Shown here: in pieces, positions 57,403 to 64,000 of the stretch | Position numbering within the stretch: position 1 is the first letter of the stretch | Layout: every line of letters begins with the position of its first letter | Assembly (NCBI GenBank): GCA_964640995.1 | Contig: CAZXJJ010000002.1 | Location: 146,728-210,727, forward strand | DNA length: 64,000 bases | Source: an uncultured Caldisericota bacterium | Lineage (GTDB): Bacteria; Caldisericota; Caldisericia; B22-G15 | Direction: 5' to 3' | Notes under the pieces: model-generated | The model's database searches: none | What the model saw: the letters and a program-made list of their open reading frames with translations, nothing else | Told to the model about the DNA's origin: nothing | Translations under genes and position numbers: made by a program

Positions 57403-58337
57403 TTTTTCTTTTTGTTATTTTGATTTTAATTTTTTTAATCTCCTGTAAAAAAAATTTATACACTTCAAAAGGTCTCTATATGGGTACTTTTTTGATAGTT
57501 AATATTGATAACAATCACAAAAATGTCATCAGTAAAATAAATGAAAAAGTAATTGAGATTGAAGAAAAATTTTCAAGGTTTAATGAAAATTCCTTCACTT
57601 CAAAAATTAATAAAAATAAAGGTGAGTGGATTCAAGTAGATGATGAATTTATTTATGTTCTGGAAAAGTCAATTTACTTTAATAAAATATCGAACAATGC
57701 ATTTAATCCATTGATTGGCGATATTGTAAATGAATGGGGTTTTTATGATGGAAATCATAAAATTCCAGATGATGAAATTTTAATTAAATTAATAAATGAA
57801 ATAGATATTAAAAATATATTGATTGATAAAGAAAAAAAATTGGTAAAAATTATCTATGGTTCTCTTGATTTTGGAGGAATAGTTAAAGGTTATGCCCTTG
57901 ATAAAATAAAAGAGATTTTAGAAGAAAATAAAGTTCAAGAAGCAGTGATTAATTTAGGTGGGAATATTTTGGTTTTTGGGAATAAAAAATTTAATGTAGG
58001 AGTGAAAAATCCAAGAGGAGAAGGAATAATTCACACATTTGAGGTCAAAAGTGGCTTTACAGTATCCACTTCTGGAGATTATGAAAATTTTTTTATAAAA
58101 AATGATAAAAGATATCATCACATAATAGATCCAAAGACAGGAAAACCTTCTCAAAGTGGAGTTATTGAAATTAGTGTAGTTTCAGAATCTGGAATTGATG
58201 GAGATGCTCTTTCAACAACTCTTTTTGTTCTTGGAAAAGAAAAGGGCGCAGAACTTATTAAAAATTATTTTAAAGGTGTTAATGTTCTTTTTGTTGATGA
58301 AAATCTAAACAAAGAATTTATAGATGAAAATAATTGA
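57372..58337 (+). CDS. apbE: FAD:protein FMN transferase (ApbE family) lipoprotein
   Basis: Lipobox LISCKK; ApbE-like core (GGIVKGYALD, VSTSGDYE, DALSTTLFVLG); 321 aa. Confidence 0.7.
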   Translation: MWFRFKYKRIIFLFVILILIFLISCKKNLYTSKGLYMGTFLIVNIDNNHKNVISKINEKVIEIEEKFSRFNENSFTSKINKNKGEWIQVDDEFIYVLEKSIYFNKISNNAFNPLIGDIVNEWGFYDGNHKIPDDEILIKLINEIDIKNILIDKEKKLVKIIYGSLDFGGIVKGYALDKIKEILEENKVQEAVINLGGNILVFGNKKFNVGVKNPRGEGIIHTFEVKSGFTVSTSGDYENFFIKNDKRYHHIIDPKTGKPSQSGVIEISVVSESGIDGDALSTTLFVLGKEKGAELIKNYFKGVNVLFVDENLNKEFIDENN

Positions 58338-58674
58338 TAAAGTTATTTTATTTTTATTGATTCCATTTTTTATTTTTTCTATTTTTTACTTTTCTTTTGA
58401 TATAGGGAATAAAACTCTTATCATATTAGATAAAAATGGTGAAAGAGAGTATAATTTATTTCAAAAAAAGATAATTGAATGTGAAGGAAAAATTGGAAAG
58501 GTTTTAGTGGAAATTGACAATGGAAAGGCAAGAGTTATTGAATCAAACTGCAAAGATAAATTATGTATCAAAAAAAGTTGGATTTCAAATATAGGTGAAT
58601 ATTCAATTTGTCTTCCAAATGAAGTTTTTATTATAATCAAAGGTAGAGGAAAAGTTGATGGAATGTCAGAGTAA
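58324..58674 (+). CDS. small membrane-anchored protein (NusG-domain-II-like)
   Basis: 116 aa, N-terminal TM anchor then beta-rich domain with Cys pairs; family assignment from memory. Confidence 0.35.
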   Translation: MKIIDKVILFLLIPFFIFSIFYFSFDIGNKTLIILDKNGEREYNLFQKKIIECEGKIGKVLVEIDNGKARVIESNCKDKLCIKKSWISNIGEYSICLPNEVFIIIKGRGKVDGMSE

Positions 58675-59194
58675 ATTAAGAAACCTGATAATAGTTTCTC
58701 TGTTTTTAGCGGGAGGAATTGCATTAAATTTAATTGAACCTCCGGTTTTATTTTTTATAGCACCTGGTATTAAAATTGGAATTGCTAATATTGCAACATT
58801 AATTACTCTTTGTTATTTTGGTTCAACATATTCTATTCTAGTTGGAATTTTAAGACCAATTTTAGTATCTCTTATCAAAGGTAATTTTTTTACACTTGAA
58901 TTTATTCTATCATTTGCTGGTTCAATTCTTGCAACTTTCTTCATGATAATATTTAAAAAAATCTTTAAAGAAAAAATCTCAATTGTTGGAGTTAGTATGA
59001 TTGGTGGAATTATGCATAATATTGGGCAATTTATAATGGTTTATTTTATATCTAAGATTGAGTATCTTTTTTATTATTTACCAATATTAATAATTTTTGG
59101 AGGAATTTCTGGTTTTGTAATTGGTTATATATCAAAGTTTTTATTAAAAAGATTAAAACAATATGAAGATGAAAAGAAAAAATCTCCCTGGTAA
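58655..59194 (+). CDS. Gx-transporter-family membrane protein (heptaprenyl diphosphate synthase component I-like)
   Basis: 179 aa, about 5 TM helices, Gly-rich helices; family assignment tentative. Confidence 0.4.
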   Translation: MMECQSKLRNLIIVSLFLAGGIALNLIEPPVLFFIAPGIKIGIANIATLITLCYFGSTYSILVGILRPILVSLIKGNFFTLEFILSFAGSILATFFMIIFKKIFKEKISIVGVSMIGGIMHNIGQFIMVYFISKIEYLFYYLPILIIFGGISGFVIGYISKFLLKRLKQYEDEKKKSPW

Positions 59195-59744
59195 AATAAA
59201 TCTTGTATCAAATTCAAAAAGAAGATTTGATATTCTAAGAAAATTTTTTTATGTTGAAAAAATTATTCCTAATTCAAAAGAAATAGAAGATGGCGATTTT
59301 ATAAAAATAACACTAGAAAATTCAAAAAATAAAGTTTTATCAATTAAAAGAAATTTATATGAAACTTATGTTTCAGGAGATACAGTTGTTGTTTTAGAAA
59401 ACAAAATATTTGGAAAACCAAAAAATGAAGAAGATGCTTTTAATATGTTAAACACTCTCTCAAATGAATGGCATATTGTTTGTTCTGGATTTTACTTTAT
59501 TTCTTTTGGTAAAGAAGGTATGGGTTATGATATTGCTAAAGTTAAATTTAAAGATTTAAAAAAAGAGGAAATTATTAATTATATTAAAACTCTTGAGCCA
59601 TTTGATAAAGCAGGTGGATATGCAATTCAAGGATTAGGAAGTTATCTTATAGAGAAATTCGAGGGTTGTTTTTTTACTATAGTTGGATTTCCTGTGGTAA
59701 AATTTATAAAGAAATTAAAGGAGGTAATTTTTGAGAATTCCTAA
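59163..59744 (+). CDS. maf: Maf-family nucleoside triphosphate pyrophosphatase
   Basis: LVSNSKRRFDIL, GKPKNEEDA, DKAGGYAIQG; 193 aa. Confidence 0.8.
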   Translation: MKMKRKNLPGKINLVSNSKRRFDILRKFFYVEKIIPNSKEIEDGDFIKITLENSKNKVLSIKRNLYETYVSGDTVVVLENKIFGKPKNEEDAFNMLNTLSNEWHIVCSGFYFISFGKEGMGYDIAKVKFKDLKKEEIINYIKTLEPFDKAGGYAIQGLGSYLIEKFEGCFFTIVGFPVVKFIKKLKEVIFENS

Positions 59745-60369
59745 AAATGCAGTTAATTTTAAGGGAACAAAAGATGGAATTGTTGCTTATGTTGACCTTT
59801 CGTATTCTTTTAATACAATATTGAAAGCACTTGAAAAGAAAATATCAGAAAGAGAGGATTTTTTCAGAGGAGGTTCAATAAAATTTTTCCCTGTAACTGG
59901 GACTTTCTCAGAAAATGAGATTTATGAAATTAAAAATTTAATGGAAAATAAATTTGATATAGATTGTGAATTTTTTGAAAAAGAGGGGGAAGTTCAAGTT
60001 TCTTATGAAAAAGATAAAAAAATGATTTTAAAAGATTTTCTTGTAATTAAAAGAATATTAAGGTCTGGACAAACATTAAATTATAGTGGAAATATAATTC
60101 TAATTGGCGATGTAAATGAAGATGCTGAAATAAGTGTAGGAGGAAGTTTATTTGTTTTTGGTTCTTTAAGAGGAAGTGTTACTGCTGGAAGAGATAGTGG
60201 AGAAGATGCTATAGTTGTTGCTACTAATTTAAGACCAAAAAGATTGCAAATTGGAGATATTGTTCTTGAAGAGGATATCTCTAAAAGAAGAAAAGAAGTT
60301 GCCTCAATTGCATTAGTTGAAAATGGAAAAATATTAATTTACCCATACAAAAACCTTTTCATTAGATAA
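59731..60369 (+). CDS. minC: septum site-determining protein MinC
   Basis: C-terminal beta-helix repeat region (GQTLNYSGNIILIGDVNEDAEISVGGSLFVFGSLRG); 212 aa; TTG start. Confidence 0.7.
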   Translation: MRIPKNAVNFKGTKDGIVAYVDLSYSFNTILKALEKKISEREDFFRGGSIKFFPVTGTFSENEIYEIKNLMENKFDIDCEFFEKEGEVQVSYEKDKKMILKDFLVIKRILRSGQTLNYSGNIILIGDVNEDAEISVGGSLFVFGSLRGSVTAGRDSGEDAIVVATNLRPKRLQIGDIVLEEDISKRRKEVASIALVENGKILIYPYKNLFIR

Positions 60370-60371
60370 GT

Positions 60372-61280
60372 ATGAAAAATTTATTAATAATTTTTATTTT
60401 AATTTTTTTAATTTTCTCATCTTGTATAACAAACAAAGGAACACTTTCAGTTGATTCATATCCAAAAGATGCTGAAGTTTATTTAAATGGTGAATATATT
60501 GGAAATACACCACTTACGGAAAAGATAAATTCTGGTAAATATAGTATAGAAGTTAGGAAAGAGGGTTATAAAAATTATTTTAAGGAAATAGAGATAAAAA
60601 GAGGCAGAGAAACTTTAGTTATTGCAAATCTTGAGAGAAAGGTTGGAGGAATTTCTGTTAAAACTGAACCCACTGGCGCAACTGTATATATAGATGGAAA
60701 AAATTATGGTTTAACTCCTTTAGAAATTTTTGACCTTGAAGTTGGAAAACATGAAGTTTTAATAACAAAAGAAGGTTACAAAAGTATAATAAAAGAAGTT
60801 GAAATAAAAGAAGAGATTGTTGAGATATCTGAAAAACTTATAAAAGGAGTAAGTAAAGCATATATCAATTCAAATCCAAGAGGGGCTACTGTTCTTATTG
60901 ATGGAAAAGAGATAGGAAAAACTCCTCTTGAAATAAAAGAAATATCATTAGGAAGACATTTTATTACTTTAAGAGCACTTGGATATGAAGAAATGACAAA
61001 AACAATTGATGTTAAAGAAGACATAAACACTTTCTCATTTAATCTAGTTCAATTAAATCATGCTTTAATTATAGAAACTGAACCAGAAGGTGCAACTGTA
61101 TATGTTGATGATGTAATTAAAGGTATAACACCACTTGAAGTAAGAAACTTAACTCCTCTTAAAAAATATAAAATAAAAATTGAACTTTCAGGATATTTGC
61201 CATATTTAACAGAAGTAACAATGCCAAAAGATGGTTCAATATTTTTACCAAAAATAAAACTTATGAAAACAAGCGGATGA
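60372..61280 (+). CDS. lipoprotein with four PEGA domains
   Basis: Lipobox FSSCIT; four repeats of the PEGA-like pattern (YPKDAEVYLNGEYIGNTPL, EPTGATVYIDGKNYGLTPL, NPRGATVLIDGKEIGKTPL, EPEGATVYVDDVIKGITPL). Confidence 0.6.
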   Translation: MKNLLIIFILIFLIFSSCITNKGTLSVDSYPKDAEVYLNGEYIGNTPLTEKINSGKYSIEVRKEGYKNYFKEIEIKRGRETLVIANLERKVGGISVKTEPTGATVYIDGKNYGLTPLEIFDLEVGKHEVLITKEGYKSIIKEVEIKEEIVEISEKLIKGVSKAYINSNPRGATVLIDGKEIGKTPLEIKEISLGRHFITLRALGYEEMTKTIDVKEDINTFSFNLVQLNHALIIETEPEGATVYVDDVIKGITPLEVRNLTPLKKYKIKIELSGYLPYLTEVTMPKDGSIFLPKIKLMKTSG

Positions 61281-61903
61281 TTAAAGTAGAAAAAGAGATT
61301 GTCAGTCCTTATAGAACAAATTGTTATTTTGTTCACAAAGATAAAGAAGGGGTTATAATAGACCCAGGTGGAGATTGCCATAAAATAAAAAATAAATTAG
61401 AAGAACTTAAAGATATTAAATTTGAATATGTTTTAAACACCCATGGCCATGAAGATCATACTTTTTGTGATAATTTTCTGAAAAAAAATTATAATATGAA
61501 AATTTTAATTCATAAAAATGATCTTTTTTTCATCTCAAATGGTGCAATAAATAAAAAATTTTGGTCTGATTTTGAAGAAGTTGAACCAGATATTTTGTTT
61601 AATGATGGAGATGAGTTTAATATAGGAGGGTTAAATATAAAAGTAATTCATACTGAAGGTCACACTCCTGGAAGTTCGATGTTTATGATTGATAATTTTA
61701 TCTTCTCTGGAGACACAATTTTTAAAGGAACAATAGGAAGAACAGATTTTGAATATTCAAGTAGTTCAAAAATGAAAAACTCAATTATAAAAATTTTAAA
61801 TATATTAAACAACAAAGATTATTTAATTTATCCTGGTCATGGACCTTTAACAAAATTAAGCGAAGAAAAAGAAAATTTAATTTATTTTCTCGAAATTTTA
61901 TAA
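61277..61903 (+). CDS. MBL-fold metallo-hydrolase
   Basis: HTHGHEDH (HxHxDH) zinc motif and downstream His/Asp ligands; 208 aa. Confidence 0.7.
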   Translation: MIKVEKEIVSPYRTNCYFVHKDKEGVIIDPGGDCHKIKNKLEELKDIKFEYVLNTHGHEDHTFCDNFLKKNYNMKILIHKNDLFFISNGAINKKFWSDFEEVEPDILFNDGDEFNIGGLNIKVIHTEGHTPGSSMFMIDNFIFSGDTIFKGTIGRTDFEYSSSSKMKNSIIKILNILNNKDYLIYPGHGPLTKLSEEKENLIYFLEIL

Positions 61904-61915
61904 TATAATTTTTAC

Positions 61916-62578
61916 ATGATAAAAGATTACATTGATATTCTAATAAAAATTATTGTTTCAATTATTTTAGGTGGATTAATAGGTCTTGAAAGAGAAAGAA
62001 GAAATAGACCTGCAGGTCTAAGAACACACATACTTGTATCACTTGGCTCTTGCCTTTTCACTATATCATCAATTGAATTTTCAAAAATTTATGGAAGCGG
62101 TGTCGACCCATCAAGGGTTGCTGCAAATATTGTTACAGGAGTAGGTTTCCTTGGTGCAGGAACAATTATGAAAGAAGGCTTAACAATAAAAGGATTAACA
62201 ACAGCTGCAACAATATGGCTCTCATCGGCAATAGGATTAACATGTGGACTTGGTTTTTACATTCCTGCAATTTTAACTACACTACTTGCATATTTGGTTT
62301 TAATTTTTGTTAGAGTTTTTGAATATGAAAGATTTAAAAAATATGAGGAAAATTTAAAAATATTTAATGTAAGAGTCACTGATAAACCTGGACAACTTGG
62401 AAAAATTGGAACAATTTTTGGAAAATATGGAATTCACATTAAAAATGTAAAATTTGAAAGAGATGAAAAATCTTTAAGCATTGAATTTGTAGTTTCCGTG
62501 CCTCAAAATATAGAAATAAAAGATGTTTGTAATCAACTCTCACAAGAGGATTTTGTCATAGAGGTTTCAACTGAATGA
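61916..62578 (+). CDS. mgtC: MgtC/SapB-family membrane protein with C-terminal ACT-like domain
   Basis: GGLIGLERERRNRPAGLRTH MgtC signature, 4-5 TM helices, soluble C-terminal domain; 220 aa. Confidence 0.7.
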   Translation: MIKDYIDILIKIIVSIILGGLIGLERERRNRPAGLRTHILVSLGSCLFTISSIEFSKIYGSGVDPSRVAANIVTGVGFLGAGTIMKEGLTIKGLTTAATIWLSSAIGLTCGLGFYIPAILTTLLAYLVLIFVRVFEYERFKKYEENLKIFNVRVTDKPGQLGKIGTIFGKYGIHIKNVKFERDEKSLSIEFVVSVPQNIEIKDVCNQLSQEDFVIEVSTE

Positions 62579-63648
62579 GAAGAGGTTATGTAGATCTTCC
62601 TCTTCATGCTGGAAAAGCACCAAAGTGGCTTTTTGAAAGAATGGTTAAACTTGCAAGAGAAATTTCTCTTGCAATAGTTTATCTATATGGAAAAGAAGAG
62701 TTATTAAATAGACTATCTGATCCATTTTGGTTTCAAGCATTTGGATGTATTCTTGGTTTTGATTGGCACTCATCTGGAGTCACAACAACTGTTACTGGTG
62801 CTTTAAAAGAAGGTTTAAAATTTGAAGAAAAAAACATTGGCTTATTTTTTGCTGGTGGTAAAGGAAAAAGAGCAATAAATACACCAAATGATATTGATAA
62901 TTGGATTGAAAAAGGATTAATAGATTTTGAGATAGGTAATTCATTAAAAAATTATTCTCGACTTATTGCAAAAGTTGATACTGTTGGACTTCAAGATGGT
63001 TTTTCAATTTATCACCATTTTTTTATATATTCAAAAGATGGAATTTGGGCAGTTATAGAACAAGGAATGAATGAAGAGAAAAGAATGGCGAGAAGGTATC
63101 ACTGGTTTTCAAAAGAGATAAAAAGTTTTGTATCTGACCCTCATAAAGGAATTGCTTCTGAATTAATTGTTAAACCATTAAACCTTGTTGATTCAAAAAT
63201 TGAAAAAACAAGAAATGAAATTTTAAATGTAGTAAATGAGACAAAAGATAATGATGTTATAAAAATTCTTGATAAAAGAAAAGCATGTTTTCCATTTCAT
63301 CATCCAATTATTTATGAAGATTATGATGAAAAGCGTCTTATAAATTTAATGAGTAAAATCAAAGAATATAAACCCAAAAATTTTGAAGAACTTCTTCTTT
63401 TTGAAGGTTTGGGAGAAAAATCTATGAGAGCCCTTGCTTTAGTTTCTCATCTTATTTTTGGTTCAGAACTATCTTTCAGAGACCCAGTTACATTTTCATT
63501 TGCTCATGGAGGAAAAGATGGTCATCCCTATCCAGTTGATAAAAAAATTTATGATACATCAATTGAAATTTTAAAACATGCTGTTGAAAAAACCAAATTA
63601 GGCGACCTCGAAAAATTAAAACTATTAAAAACCCTCTCAAAATTTTAA
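62575..63648 (+). CDS. DUF763-like protein
   Basis: 357 aa; N-terminal RRGYVDLPLHAGKAPKWL resembles the DUF763 signature; family assignment from memory. Confidence 0.45.
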   Translation: MRRGYVDLPLHAGKAPKWLFERMVKLAREISLAIVYLYGKEELLNRLSDPFWFQAFGCILGFDWHSSGVTTTVTGALKEGLKFEEKNIGLFFAGGKGKRAINTPNDIDNWIEKGLIDFEIGNSLKNYSRLIAKVDTVGLQDGFSIYHHFFIYSKDGIWAVIEQGMNEEKRMARRYHWFSKEIKSFVSDPHKGIASELIVKPLNLVDSKIEKTRNEILNVVNETKDNDVIKILDKRKACFPFHHPIIYEDYDEKRLINLMSKIKEYKPKNFEELLLFEGLGEKSMRALALVSHLIFGSELSFRDPVTFSFAHGGKDGHPYPVDKKIYDTSIEILKHAVEKTKLGDLEKLKLLKTLSKF

Positions 63649-63683
63649 TTTACATAATAACCCTTATTGCTCTAAAGATTAAA

Positions 63684-64000
63684 TTAAACTAATTCAGAAG
63701 TGCAGTTTGGGCATCTCTTTGCTTTTATAGGTATTTCAGTATAACAAAAGGGGCAAATTTTTGTTGTTGGTTCTTTAGGAACTTCAACTGGTTTTTTCTT
63801 TAATCTATTAATACCTTTAACAAGTAAAAATATACTAAATGCAATAATTAAAAAATCAACAACTGTTTGTAAAAATGCTCCATATTTAATAACTGCATCA
63901 CCAATTTTAAAGGATAAACCACTTACGTTAATTCCACCAATTATTAAACCAATAACTGGCATAAGAACATCTCCAACAAGTGAAGAAACTATTTTTCCAA
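63684..64000 (-). CDS. mscL: large-conductance mechanosensitive channel MscL with C-terminal zinc-ribbon extension (N-terminus outside window)
   Basis: Frame open to the window end; [28 protein letters not shown] matches the MscL periplasmic loop/TM2 region; C-terminal [21 protein letters not shown] is a CxxC...CxxC ribbon. Confidence 0.7.
   Translation of the reverse strand, partial: GKIVSSLVGDVLMPVIGLIIGGINVSGLSFKIGDAVIKYGAFLQTVVDFLIIAFSIFLLVKGINRLKKKPVEVPKEPTTKICPFCYTEIPIKAKRCPNCTSELV

Noticed and set aside
1-64000. CRISPR arrays, IS elements/transposases, rRNA genes
   Set aside because: Read through the intergenic regions and ORF translations: no regularly spaced direct repeats, no DDE/HUH transposase-like ORF, no rRNA-like GC-rich block. 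The only structured-RNA islands are tmRNA and four tRNAs.

Overview
AT-rich (roughly 30% GC by eye) bacterial chromosomal segment, densely coding on both strands, with proteins rich in Lys/Ile/Asn/Glu. It is mostly core genome: a 5'-truncated DRG/Obg-type GTPase, thrC, a XerC-like recombinase, deoB, tmRNA, a nucleoside-type ABC transporter, the rpsP-KH-KH-ylqD-rimM-trmD operon, an Fe/cobalamin-type ABC transporter, tRNA-Ser/Arg and tRNA-Leu/Cys pairs, uvrA, tatD, an amino-acid ABC transporter, lgt, ispE, rsmA, eno, a 2-hydroxyacyl-CoA dehydratase module with its activase, mntP, a histidine ammonia-lyase-family enzyme, rnhB, nfnAB, a radical SAM/ApbE cluster, maf, minC, mgtC and a 5'-truncated mscL. 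I found no CRISPR array, transposase, phage integrase or rRNA. The best candidates for something new are: (1) an orphan 559-aa protein immediately 3' of tmRNA with an N-terminal HD-like motif set, sitting between deoB and the nucleoside transporter; (2) a secreted HExxH protein locus that reads as three consecutive ORFs in three frames, none with a canonical start; (3) a tyrosine-phosphatase domain fused to MazG, with the second MazG domain in another frame. All functional calls rest on motifs read by eye from the translations and recalled family signatures; no database search was run.
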